Sequence record: OQ031493.1
Length of the DNA stretch: 64,000 nt
Direction: 5' to 3' (one strand)
Positions 26,597-36,164 of this stretch are shown piece by piece. Numbering within the stretch: position 1 is the stretch's first letter; each line of letters begins with the position of its first letter. A model generated the notes under the pieces. The model searched no databases and had not been told where the DNA came from. It saw only the letters and a list, made by a program, of their open reading frames with translations. A program made the translations under genes and the position numbers.

Positions 26597-27121
26597 TTAT
26601 GTTTTAATCCAATGGGTATATGTACATAGGTCAGTTTCTTTAATAATGGTTGATTTCCATTTATCCCATTTAATGATTTCTTTAGGGAAATAAACACAAC
26701 TACTATTATCGATTTCCATCTTGACAGTAGTAATGTACATTTCGTCTAAAATATCCTTTTCAATGACTTCTTTATAAAGTTGAGAACCGCCAATGATCCA
26801 TACATCCTTTCCAGTTTCTTTATTGAAATGAGTGGCATAAATAACAGCTGCACTTAGATTAGGGAGTACACCTAATTTATTATCACAGGATACTGGGTAA
26901 TTACCGTTACGATATAAACTTGATGATACAACAATGTTATTACGATTAGGTAACGGTTTACTACCTAAGGATAAGAAAGTATTTTTACCCATGATAACAC
27001 AGCAACCAGTTGTCATTTCTTTAAAGAAAGCTAAATCCTCAGGTATATGCCAAGGTAATAGATTATTATATCCAATGACACCATTTAGGTCATGGGCAAC
27101 GATTAATTTAATAGCCATCAA
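26597..27121 (-). CDS. folA: dihydrofolate reductase
   Basis: IVAHDLNGVIG..N.LPWHIPEDLAFFKEMT, VIMGKNTF, PLPNRNNIVVS, IIGGSQLY motifs. Confidence 0.95.
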   Translation of the reverse strand: MMAIKLIVAHDLNGVIGYNNLLPWHIPEDLAFFKEMTTGCCVIMGKNTFLSLGSKPLPNRNNIVVSSSLYRNGNYPVSCDNKLGVLPNLSAAVIYATHFNKETGKDVWIIGGSQLYKEVIEKDILDEMYITTVKMEIDNSSCVYFPKEIIKWDKWKSTIIKETDLCTYTHWIKT

Positions 27122-27624
27122 TTTTCCTTAGGCCAGAATTTACAAGATACTTCATTATCTTTAAATTCAATAGCCCAACTACAGCAAGTGAAATTAGTTT
27201 TAAACTTAAATGTAGACGCTAATAGGTAATTAATTTGAGCCATTTGTAATAGCGTTAATTCACCATATACTTTCTCATCAATTAATACACCAGGTCTTTT
27301 ATGTTTAATAACTAATTCATTCAACTTAATATCTTGTTCAATATAGAGGTATTCCACTTCGCCTTTTTCTAGTATAGGTATGTCCCAAAGAATCAGACTA
27401 ATCTGTTGTGTGAATTCCTCAATACTAGTTGTAATATCTAGTCCTTCATAACCTATCAATAGATTTATAAGTACTTGTAGACTAATCAGATTAACAGGTA
27501 AGTCTTTTAAATCGTCTTCTTTAATAGTTGTTCTAAAATAAACAGTACCATCTAAGTTTTTAACTAATAATCTATTTAATAGATGATTGACTTCTGATTT
27601 AATCTGATAATCCAGTTTGATCAT
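27118..27624 (-). CDS. hypothetical protein
   Basis: 168 aa overlapping its neighbours. Confidence 0.75.
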   Translation of the reverse strand: MIKLDYQIKSEVNHLLNRLLVKNLDGTVYFRTTIKEDDLKDLPVNLISLQVLINLLIGYEGLDITTSIEEFTQQISLILWDIPILEKGEVEYLYIEQDIKLNELVIKHKRPGVLIDEKVYGELTLLQMAQINYLLASTFKFKTNFTCCSWAIEFKDNEVSCKFWPKEN

Positions 27625-28183
27625 TAACTAATTCCTTGAGTCTAGTCATGCCATTGCTAACTTCAATAATGTAACTAAAATCAAAACTATATTTCATCAT
27701 TTTGAATTCTTCTTTAAAGTTAGCGATATTTCCAGACAGAGCAATTTGTTCAAATCGACTAAAATCAGTGATAGTTTCATCGAACATTAGTTCTCTTGCG
27801 GTAATATCTGGATCATAGTTAGGATGATCAACTACAGTGCCTTCGTGATTTAAAGTACCTTGAAAATTCAAAGTCTTCTTAACATGGTCTACAGTTATTT
27901 TCCAGCTAGTTGCAATATATCGAGCTTTAACTAAATTAGGAGCATACCTGTAAATACACCATTGTAGTGGAGTGCCAACAGTTTGCGTATCATGCGTGGC
28001 TTTTATAACTTTAATAAAATTCTCAAGTTGATCAAATGTAACATTTCTGGTTACACCATCACTAGTGGTTATATTAAGAGATGGTCGAAGACCAGTACCA
28101 AGATCATTGGTGATGATTATGTCCTCAACTAAAGCTTCATATAACTTTAGTCCTTCTTTTCTGGATCCAACATCATTGCCCAT
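27599..28183 (-). CDS. hypothetical protein
   Basis: 194 aa overlapping its neighbours. Confidence 0.75.
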   Translation of the reverse strand: MGNDVGSRKEGLKLYEALVEDIIITNDLGTGLRPSLNITTSDGVTRNVTFDQLENFIKVIKATHDTQTVGTPLQWCIYRYAPNLVKARYIATSWKITVDHVKKTLNFQGTLNHEGTVVDHPNYDPDITARELMFDETITDFSRFEQIALSGNIANFKEEFKMMKYSFDFSYIIEVSNGMTRLKELVNDQTGLSD

Positions 28184-28536
28184 TGTTTAGCTTCCTCTTT
28201 TGTTACCAGTTGATAAAGTTTATTAAATTCATGTTGACGCATTAATTTGTAATCTAATATACGCCCATTATTTTTACGAATTAAAATAATAAAATCACCC
28301 GGACAGACAATTTTATCTTTATCTGAACCCACACGTAAAATACCATGACTAGATTCAGTTAGATTACATAATGGGCAAATCGCATTACTAAGAGTAGACT
28401 CTTTAGTAGGTATAGCATAACCAACAATAGCACCTTGGTTGATATTATTGATAACGCCATCACCAGGTATATCACCGTTCTTTTTCCATTCGATTGCTTC
28501 AATTGGATCGGTGTATCTCGGTAGATAAAAAGACAT
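28147..28536 (-). CDS. conserved phage protein (IEAIEW...HG...PGDFII family)
   Basis: Motif pattern common in phage hypothetical proteins; GGAG RBS. Confidence 0.7.
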   Translation of the reverse strand: MSFYLPRYTDPIEAIEWKKNGDIPGDGVINNINQGAIVGYAIPTKESTLSNAICPLCNLTESSHGILRVGSDKDKIVCPGDFIILIRKNNGRILDYKLMRQHEFNKLYQLVTKEEAKQWAMMLDPEKKD

Positions 28537-28880
28537 TCTTAATTAACTCCGATAAATAATAGTAGTATAGTAAAAAGCACTTAGGTATATTTCTATTTTA
28601 AGTTATATTGCTGATAAAATAAAACCTAAGGGTACATAGTGGGTTATTGTTTAAAGCTCTTAAATAGCATGGTAGAACGATATTGGACTATATAGCTGTA
28701 ACCCTTAAGGCACTAAGGCTACAGAGGTTTTTAAGATAAAGATATCCAATGTACCATAATATGCTTTTACAATAGATCAACTAAATTCATTTAAAATGGG
28801 TCGTAAAAATACTTAGTTGATCTAAAGATATGTTGAATACTTTTTCACATGAACTTACGACTCACAATTGGAAATTAACA

Positions 28881-31169
28881 ATGTTAAAAACTATCATTAA
28901 ACTAGACGGTACTGAAGAAGCATACTCACCTGCTAAGATTAATGGTTGGGGTGAATGGGCAGCCCAACATCTTGGCGATAAGGTGGATTGGAGTAGTGTT
29001 GTGATGGATGCTGTTCAAGCTCTTGGTGATAAAACTTCATCACAAGAACTACAATTACAACTTATTGAAGAATGTCTAAATCGTAAGACATGGTCTTATT
29101 ATCTAATGGCTGGTCGACTATATGCGATTTATCTTCGTAAGAAGTTCTATGGTCTAAATGGCATCCCAACTGTTAAAGCGCTTCAAACCAGGATGCGTAA
29201 AGATGGTATCATTGTTAAATTAGATTATAGTAGTAAAGAATACGCTCAGATTGAAAAGATCATTGATCATGATCTTGACCTACTTTGTCCGCATTTTTCA
29301 CTTCATCACATTCGTGGAAAGTATGCTCTACGTAATCGTAAAACTGGTCAAGAATATGAGACTGCCCAGTTTGTATATATGCGAATGGCAATGGCTCTAG
29401 CTGAAAAAGAGCCAGCTGAAACTCGCATGACCCATGTGGAGAATTACTATAAACTACTTTCTAATAAAATTCTTAGTGCGCCAACACCTAACTACGTTAA
29501 CCTAGGTACTAAGCTTCGTGGTTTTGCATCATGTTGCCTATTTGCTTCTGGTGATAATGGTGTATCACTGGCAATGGGCGATTATATTGCTAACATCATG
29601 ACCCAATCATCAGCAGGCATTGGTGTTAACTTAATGACTAGGTCAATTGGTGATCCTATCCGTAATGGCCTAATCATTCACCAAGGTAAGAAACCATACA
29701 TCGATGTAATTGGTAAAGCAGTAAGGGCTAACCTACAAAATGGTCGAGGTGGTGCTGTTACGTGTTACTACAGTGCTTTCGATCCTGAAGCAGATATGAT
29801 TACTCAGCTACGTAATCCACGTTCTACTGAGGATAGGAAGAACCGTGATCTTCACTATGCATTCCTAAGTAATAAGTTCTTTGCTAAGAAAGCGGCTCAG
29901 AAAGATGGCATGATCTTTGTATTCAATCCATTTACTGCTCCAGATCTACATGATGCTTTCTATAGTGGTGATATTGATAAGTTTATTAAGCTTTATGAAA
30001 AATATGAAGCGGATCCTAAATTTGAGAAAACTTATGTAAATGCTCGGGATCTTCTCAAATCAATGCTAGTTGAAGCATATGAGACTGGAACCATCTATTC
30101 AGCTCAAATTGATGAACTCAATCATCATACACCATTTAAAGAACCTATTTACAGTTCTAACCTATGCCTTGAAATCGCAGAACCCACTAAGCCTTACTAT
30201 CGAATGGAAGATCTTTATTCTAGTGAGGATCACGGGCGCGGTGAGATTGCTACTTGTTCACTGGCTGCTATTGCAGTGGATAACGTTCCTGATAAGCAAA
30301 CTTATGAAATGGCGGCTTACTATGCACTTAAGATGATTGACTATTGTATCCTTAATGCAGAGTATGCTTTCCCACACCTTGCACTAACCGCTAAGAATCG
30401 AATGAGTGCTGGTGTTGGTATCATGGGTCTAGCCACACATATGGCACGTGCTGGCCTTAAATATAGCAGCGATGCTGGTAAAGCTGAAATCCACTTCATT
30501 GCTGAACGGCATATGTACTTCCTTATCAAGGCGTCACTTAAGATTTCTAAAGAACGCGGGAATGCGCCTTGGATTCATAAGACTAAATGGCCAGAGGGAT
30601 GGACTCCACGTAAGACTTATAATAAGTCAGTGGATACTATCATTGAAGGTGGCTTTGAAGAACTTTATCCATGGGATGAGCTAGAGAAAGAGATTAAGGA
30701 GAATGGTGGTATTGCACACTCCGTACTAGCTGCATACATGCCTGGTGAAGCATCATCTAAGGCACTAGGGTCAACTAATGGTCCATACCCGGTACGTCGC
30801 CTAATTCTTAATAAGACTGATAATGGTGCACGTGTGCTATGGGCTGCTCCATATGGAGATGATGACTCCTATGTGTATGAATCAGCTTATGATATCCCCA
30901 CTAAAGATCTTATTGATTGCTATGCCATTATTCAAAAGTGGACTGATCAAACAATCAGTGCGGACCTCTACCGACGCATTGTAGGTTCTGAAAAGATCTC
31001 TTCTAATGAAATGCTAGGTAATCACTTCTACATGGTGAAACGTGGAATGAAAACCCGGTATTATGTAAATCTAGAAACAGCAGCAGGACTTGATATTAAA
31101 TCACTTGAACGTGCTGTTGAGGTAACTAATACTGAAGTTGGGTGTGCAGGCGGTTCGTGCACTCTTTAA
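28881..31169 (+). CDS. nrdA: class Ia ribonucleotide reductase alpha subunit
   Basis: ASCCL, SNLCLEI, ATCSL catalytic residues, RYY pair, C-terminal CAGGSC; probable start MLKTIIK at 28881. Confidence 0.95.
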   Translation: MLKTIIKLDGTEEAYSPAKINGWGEWAAQHLGDKVDWSSVVMDAVQALGDKTSSQELQLQLIEECLNRKTWSYYLMAGRLYAIYLRKKFYGLNGIPTVKALQTRMRKDGIIVKLDYSSKEYAQIEKIIDHDLDLLCPHFSLHHIRGKYALRNRKTGQEYETAQFVYMRMAMALAEKEPAETRMTHVENYYKLLSNKILSAPTPNYVNLGTKLRGFASCCLFASGDNGVSLAMGDYIANIMTQSSAGIGVNLMTRSIGDPIRNGLIIHQGKKPYIDVIGKAVRANLQNGRGGAVTCYYSAFDPEADMITQLRNPRSTEDRKNRDLHYAFLSNKFFAKKAAQKDGMIFVFNPFTAPDLHDAFYSGDIDKFIKLYEKYEADPKFEKTYVNARDLLKSMLVEAYETGTIYSAQIDELNHHTPFKEPIYSSNLCLEIAEPTKPYYRMEDLYSSEDHGRGEIATCSLAAIAVDNVPDKQTYEMAAYYALKMIDYCILNAEYAFPHLALTAKNRMSAGVGIMGLATHMARAGLKYSSDAGKAEIHFIAERHMYFLIKASLKISKERGNAPWIHKTKWPEGWTPRKTYNKSVDTIIEGGFEELYPWDELEKEIKENGGIAHSVLAAYMPGEASSKALGSTNGPYPVRRLILNKTDNGARVLWAAPYGDDDSYVYESAYDIPTKDLIDCYAIIQKWTDQTISADLYRRIVGSEKISSNEMLGNHFYMVKRGMKTRYYVNLETAAGLDIKSLERAVEVTNTEVGCAGGSCTL

Positions 31170-31177
31170 GTGTATAC

Positions 31178-31199
31178 ACCCTCCCTTAATTGGGAGGGT
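31178..31199 (+). terminator. terminator, identical to 32852-32873
   Basis: accctccc-ttaatt-gggagggt. Confidence 0.75.
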
Positions 31200-31269
31200 G
31201 TTATTCCCAATTTATACTAACCTCTATTATTTATTGTAAGAAATATTTTTAAATTGTAAAGGAACTGAT

Positions 31270-32433
31270 ATGTCTACTAAATCTCAACTACCAAAGAAAA
31301 TCTTCAATGTTGCTAAGAGTGATTATCATCTACCGGAAATTATTCTTGGAGATGATCCAGGTCTACTAGATTCAATCCACACTCATTATCCTAAAATGTG
31401 GGAGCTATATAAGCGTCTAAAGATGCTTGATTGGGATGAGCTAGAATTTGACTTTTCCACTTGTCTAGTAGAATTTGAAACGTGTGATAAATCAACTTAT
31501 GACATGATGATTAAGACACTGGCCTGGCAATGGGAAGCTGACTCTGTAGCCAGTCGTTCCATTGTTAATATTCTATCACCTGTCATGACAGATTCACGAG
31601 TATGGGCGGGATATGTACGTATTAATGATAATGAAGACGTACATGCTTTAACTTATTCTGAAATTGTACGTAATAGCTTTAAAGATCCTAAAGTTATTCT
31701 AGACGAAATTCTTAGGGTAGAAGAAGCACAAGAACGAATGGTTGCAGTAGCCCGCACTATGGGTGAAGCACATGACGCAGTTCATGCGTATGCTCTTAAT
31801 CAGGTACCCAATGATCAAGAACTTTACAATAAAGTATTCATGTTCTTCATCGCTCTATATTTCCTAGAACGTATCCAGTTCATGGCATCCTTTGCAGTAA
31901 CCTTTGCTATTGGTCGTACTGGTGCATTCCAGCAAATTGCAGCCGCTGTTAAGAAAATTGCCCAAGACGAATTCGAAATCCATGCACAATATGGACAAGA
32001 AGTTATTCGTGCACTACTGGCAACTGAACGCGGTAAACTCGCTTACAGTCAATGTAAAGATAAAATCATTGAACTACTATGGGAAATTGTAAAGACTGAA
32101 GTTACCTGGGTTAATTATCTATTCTCTGAAGGTCGTGAACTAACTGGTGTTAATGCGACTAAACTTATTAACTGGGTACTTTTCAATGCTAATGCCGCAG
32201 CAACATTCCTAAGTATTGAAAATGATGTTGTAGAACAGTATCAAGTGGAGTTTAAAGAATCAGCTGGATTTGATTTTGTTTGGCCAGAGAAGAACCCACT
32301 TCTTTATATGGAAGACTACCTAGATATTTCATCAACCCAAGCATCTCCTCAGGAAGAAGAGAAGCCTGATTACATGGTCAACGTTGTAAATGATGTTGGT
32401 GAAGAAGAAGAATTTGAGGTTGACTTCTTATGA
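31270..32433 (+). CDS. nrdB: ribonucleotide reductase beta subunit
   Basis: WEADS, EDVHALTY (radical Tyr), FLERIQF, DEFEIH di-metal motifs; directly after nrdA. Confidence 0.93.
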   Translation: MSTKSQLPKKIFNVAKSDYHLPEIILGDDPGLLDSIHTHYPKMWELYKRLKMLDWDELEFDFSTCLVEFETCDKSTYDMMIKTLAWQWEADSVASRSIVNILSPVMTDSRVWAGYVRINDNEDVHALTYSEIVRNSFKDPKVILDEILRVEEAQERMVAVARTMGEAHDAVHAYALNQVPNDQELYNKVFMFFIALYFLERIQFMASFAVTFAIGRTGAFQQIAAAVKKIAQDEFEIHAQYGQEVIRALLATERGKLAYSQCKDKIIELLWEIVKTEVTWVNYLFSEGRELTGVNATKLINWVLFNANAAATFLSIENDVVEQYQVEFKESAGFDFVWPEKNPLLYMEDYLDISSTQASPQEEEKPDYMVNVVNDVGEEEEFEVDFL

Positions 32434-32843
32434 TTAAGATTATCGCATTCGTAGTTTTAATGTGGTCCACTGTCCTATTTGCAGCAACTGAAGTAAAATC
32501 AACTACAGATGGTATTATTGCACATTCAGAATGTCAGCTAGTTGCTAAAGATAGTAGTGTTGTCGGCACTACTGTTGGAGGTGCGGTTGGAGCCACCGCA
32601 GGCGCTGTGTTAGGTCGAGCAATCTTTGGTAAATCTGGAGGTTGGGTAGGTGGTTTAATCGGTGGTGCCGCAGGCGGCGCAGTCGGTAATAATGTTAGTG
32701 CTACTGAAACATTTCAATGTAAACTGATTGTTAATACAGATGGCAAGCAGTACATGGTTCAAACAGTTACCAATGAAAAACCAAAGGTTGGTGATAAAGT
32801 CACTGTTGTTGAAATGAATGATGGTACACGAGATATAATGTAG
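32430..32843 (+). CDS. secreted/membrane glycine-zipper protein
   Basis: Signal peptide, then GTTVGGAVGATAGAVLG...GGLIGGAAGGAVG. Confidence 0.8.
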   Translation: MIKIIAFVVLMWSTVLFAATEVKSTTDGIIAHSECQLVAKDSSVVGTTVGGAVGATAGAVLGRAIFGKSGGWVGGLIGGAAGGAVGNNVSATETFQCKLIVNTDGKQYMVQTVTNEKPKVGDKVTVVEMNDGTRDIM

Positions 32844-32851
32844 ACATAATG

Positions 32852-32873
32852 ACCCTCCCTTAATTGGGAGGGT
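32852..32873 (+). terminator. terminator
   Basis: Identical 22-mer to 31178-31199. Confidence 0.75.
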
Positions 32874-32928
32874 TTATGCTAACAATTCTATAGCACTCTT
32901 ATTAACAGTCATCAACGAGAGAGTAGAC

Positions 32929-34812
32929 ATGAATAAAATGCTAAACTTCCTAAACCGTACGCTATATAGCGGTACTGAAAAAGTATCTTCAAAAGCTACA
33001 CCAAGTCTAGAACACTTTAAAACAAATGTTGAACAAGTAGATAAAAAGATTCTACAACCCTTTAGTACTAAATTTAAAACCATTCTAAAAGAATGTTACA
33101 GTAATGAAGAGTGGGTTGAAGAACAATCATTTATTGAAGAACCTATTGATCTTGGTTCAGCTGCACGCGGTCTTACCGAGCGCGGTATTATGCGTGGTGA
33201 TTGGGGACGCTTAGCGCATTCCACTATTAAAGAAGCAGAAGGTATGATGCGTACTTATAGTGGTCGTCTAAATGAAGATATGGAGGCATCTGAAATTAAT
33301 GAAGTAATTCAAGATATGCCTTATAACTTCACAGCTGGCTCAGCTAATACTAGCCGTTTAGAAGAAGATGATTCTATTTTTGTTGAAGCAGATACAACTG
33401 TAGTTGAACCTCTGTCTAAGCAGACTCTGCCAAAAGTAGCAGAACTTACTAACCAACTAGTAGAAGTTTATAACCGAATCACTGAAGAATTTACAGAAAC
33501 TGGTATTGCTAAAGTTGAACAAGTTGAACAGCCAGCAGTTCTTGTAGCACTTGGTGAGATCATTAGTAGTTTTAATAAACTAATTGATGCTTCATGTGGT
33601 GCTCTACCAGTGGAAGAAACTGTTATTGTAGAGGAGGATCCGTTACCTGCCATTGTTACTGGTCCAACTACTGAACCCATTGATGGTGAAATTCCACCTG
33701 TTGATGCTATTAATAATTCTGCGGCATTAGAAGAGTTTATTGAAGAAGTACTAAGTACTAATCCAGAATTCATTAAATACCAAAGTATGAATGATAGTAA
33801 TATTGATTCATATCTAACTGGAGATGACTGGATTATACTAAAATTTAAAGATGGTTCTTATTATTTATACAATGCCCAGAGTGCTGGTGAAACAAATATA
33901 GAAATCATGAAAGATATGGCCGAAACTGGTAGTGGTCTTAATGGTTTTATAAATCGAGTTATTCGTGGCGGGTATGTAGAGAAGTCCATCGTTAATACTC
34001 CCGGTTTTATACAAGTCTCAAATGAAGGTCTTATCGACACCATTAAGAGTATCTTCGACTCTGGCCCTGAGATCAATCTTGATAAAAAGAAGAAAGCTAT
34101 TGCTACACTGAAAAGTACCTATGGTGATGCCAAATGGGTGGCAGAAGCAAAGCTTAAAACCGGCGAAGTAAAAGTATCGAGTTACGAGACGTTCGCGTCT
34201 AATGATCCTAAGACCGCAAAAGCCAATATCACTAATGCTGTAGCTAAAGCTGATCGTCACAACCAGAAAGTTCTGGATGAGAACAGTAAGATACTAGCCC
34301 CCGTGGTTAATCTGTTCAAAGGGAATGATTGGCAAGACCCTAAGAAAGTCGCTACTCTTCTGGCTGAATGGAAACCCAATGTAAAGACAAACTTCCAAGA
34401 ACCCAAATGGCCAGATAATGCTGGTGCTAAGATTAAGTTGCTTGATGCTACCGGTATTGTGGAAGCAGCTAACGTTATCATTGACGTTCTGTCTAACAAC
34501 ACTAAGACTATTGCGGACACTTGGGTAGCCCAGTATCCTGACCTATCTGTCAATGGGGATATCTACAAACATAAGCTATCCACTATTAAAGATAAAGATG
34601 CTCTTGAGGATGTATATCTGCTGGCTAAAAGGGCCGATAATGCCATTCTTAACATTCATGCATCGTACGACGACGCTAAGGTTGAATCTACATATCGAGT
34701 ATTTGCTATCGACATGTTGAAACTAATGCAAGCATCTGTCAGTAGCTTCCCAAGTGGTTCAACCGTAGAGAACACCAATGAACGCAATACGGTCATTGGT
34801 ATTGAAGAATAA
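32929..34812 (+). CDS. internal head/ejection protein (gp303-like)
   Basis: 627 aa with S-x-E processing-type motifs (SLE, SNE, VSNEGLIDTIK), acidic linker, KTSC-like insert; synteny. Confidence 0.65.
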   Translation: MNKMLNFLNRTLYSGTEKVSSKATPSLEHFKTNVEQVDKKILQPFSTKFKTILKECYSNEEWVEEQSFIEEPIDLGSAARGLTERGIMRGDWGRLAHSTIKEAEGMMRTYSGRLNEDMEASEINEVIQDMPYNFTAGSANTSRLEEDDSIFVEADTTVVEPLSKQTLPKVAELTNQLVEVYNRITEEFTETGIAKVEQVEQPAVLVALGEIISSFNKLIDASCGALPVEETVIVEEDPLPAIVTGPTTEPIDGEIPPVDAINNSAALEEFIEEVLSTNPEFIKYQSMNDSNIDSYLTGDDWIILKFKDGSYYLYNAQSAGETNIEIMKDMAETGSGLNGFINRVIRGGYVEKSIVNTPGFIQVSNEGLIDTIKSIFDSGPEINLDKKKKAIATLKSTYGDAKWVAEAKLKTGEVKVSSYETFASNDPKTAKANITNAVAKADRHNQKVLDENSKILAPVVNLFKGNDWQDPKKVATLLAEWKPNVKTNFQEPKWPDNAGAKIKLLDATGIVEAANVIIDVLSNNTKTIADTWVAQYPDLSVNGDIYKHKLSTIKDKDALEDVYLLAKRADNAILNIHASYDDAKVESTYRVFAIDMLKLMQASVSSFPSGSTVENTNERNTVIGIEE

Positions 34813-34832
34813 CTTACTGAGTATGTAATGAT

Positions 34833-34975
34833 ATGTAGAAATGATCCCTCCCCCTCGTTTCTACATTAGTCATAATAAATCGGAGCCAGTCCCCCTTCCA
34901 ACTGGCTCCCAGAGAGTAAAACTCTTTGCTGGGCATTAATGACGATATATCGCCTCCCTTCGGGGAGGCTTTATA
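34833..34975 (+). ncRNA. candidate sRNA / structured 3'UTR with C-rich loops
   Basis: Three hairpins (loops UCCCUCCCCC and CCCCCUUCCA) followed by a UUCG terminator. Confidence 0.5.
34952..34969 (+). terminator. intrinsic terminator
   Basis: gcctccc-ttcg-gggaggc-tttatatttt. Confidence 0.85.
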
Positions 34976-35032
34976 TTTTGTTTTTACGTATGTATATTAA
35001 AATATGTATAAACAACATAGAGTAATTATAAA

Positions 35033-35485
35033 ATGATCAAAAATGAACTTTTACCAGGGCTAATCTATGCCCAAAAAGAATTTGATAAAATTGCAGCTAA
35101 TGTAAAAGACTATGATAAGTATAAAAGACGCGAAGCTGGTAGGGCAAGTGCCGTTTTAAGAAGTCTAGTGAGCAATATTGTAAATCAGAATAAACCATCC
35201 TCACTTGAACATGAAGGCAAAGTTAGTACTACTAATACTAATGAATATTTAGAAGAAGTTAATAATTACTTCTTTAACATTAATAATATTAAATTAATTT
35301 CTCCTAAACTCATAAAAGAGAAATTAACAATTGATCTAATGAATATTTATGTTAAATGGAATATGATTGGAGTGGCTGGCCGAAATGATGTTCCAATTAT
35401 TGAACACAGAATTAATGATTGGTGCGAAGTGACCGATGTCTACATTAATGGTAATAAGATAACTTCTTTACAATGGCCACGTTGA
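35033..35485 (+). CDS. hypothetical protein
   Basis: 150 aa ORF. Confidence 0.75.
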   Translation: MIKNELLPGLIYAQKEFDKIAANVKDYDKYKRREAGRASAVLRSLVSNIVNQNKPSSLEHEGKVSTTNTNEYLEEVNNYFFNINNIKLISPKLIKEKLTIDLMNIYVKWNMIGVAGRNDVPIIEHRINDWCEVTDVYINGNKITSLQWPR

Positions 35486-35543
35486 ATTTAAAATAAGTTG
35501 TAATAAAATACCTAGCATTACATGTTATGTATTGAAGCACAAT

Positions 35544-35628
35544 GCCCGAATGGTGAAATTGGTAAACACAGAAGACTTAAAATCTTCCGGCTACGGTCTT
35601 GTCGGTTCGAATCCGACTTCGGGCACCA
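35544..35628 (+). tRNA. tRNA-Leu(TAA)
   Basis: Cloverleaf, long variable arm, gaaga-ctTAAaa-tcttc, encoded CCA. Confidence 0.95.
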
Positions 35629-35637
35629 ATTTAAATA

Positions 35638-35713
35638 CGGAGTGTAGCGCAGTTGGTAGCGCGCCTGCTTTGGGAGCAGGATGTCGGGAGTTCGAGTCTC
35701 CCCACTCCGACCA
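35638..35713 (+). tRNA. tRNA-Pro(TGG)
   Basis: cctgc-ttTGGga-gcagg, TTCGA T-loop, CCA. Confidence 0.95.
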
Positions 35714-35734
35714 TTTTAATAATAGGTAAATAGG

Positions 35735-36028
35735 ATGGATAATAAATGGATATCATGGGAACATCAAATTATAGGAACAGCTCTTTACGCTATTCTTAGT
35801 GACCCTGAATTAACTAATATTCAATTAGCTCAAGGCTTACACTATCTAACAGAAGCAAAGTCTTCTGTATTACATGTTTGTAATAACCATATTACATTCA
35901 CTGTAACCTATCCACATGGCACATTTAGAACCAATGTAATTAGAGAGTGCCCTGCTAGTGATACAAATACATTCAAATGGTCAGGTGTATTAGTCCGTCA
36001 AAAAGATGGAACATTCTTACCAGAATAA
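35735..36028 (+). CDS. hypothetical protein
   Basis: 97 aa between tRNAs, AGG RBS. Confidence 0.7.
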   Translation: MDNKWISWEHQIIGTALYAILSDPELTNIQLAQGLHYLTEAKSSVLHVCNNHITFTVTYPHGTFRTNVIRECPASDTNTFKWSGVLVRQKDGTFLPE

Positions 36029-36035
36029 ATAAAAA

Positions 36036-36112
36036 GGGCCTATAGCTCAGTTGGTTAGAGCAGGCGACTCATAATCGCTTGGTCGCAGGTTCAAGTCCTG
36101 CTGGGCCCACCA
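36036..36112 (+). tRNA. tRNA with CAT anticodon, probably Ile2 (lysidine) rather than Met
   Basis: ggcga-ctCATaa-tcgct; C4-G69/C5-G68 pairs; body resembles gammaproteobacterial ileX. Confidence 0.9.
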
Positions 36113-36164
36113 TATACTAGCCTCCCACTTGGGGGAGGTTTTATACTGTCTCATTGAGGAAAAC

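Noticed and set aside
28537-28880. Divergent AT-rich gap as a genome terminus or origin
   Set aside because: It matches only the conventional numbering junction; phiKZ-like genomes are circularly permuted and no terminal repeat or iteron is visible
12729-32433. Introns or inteins in terL, nrdA, nrdB
   Set aside because: ORFs are continuous and of normal length, with no intein C/S...HN ends or homing endonuclease
35532-35729. 65-aa ORF
   Set aside because: Overlaps tRNA-Leu and tRNA-Pro entirely
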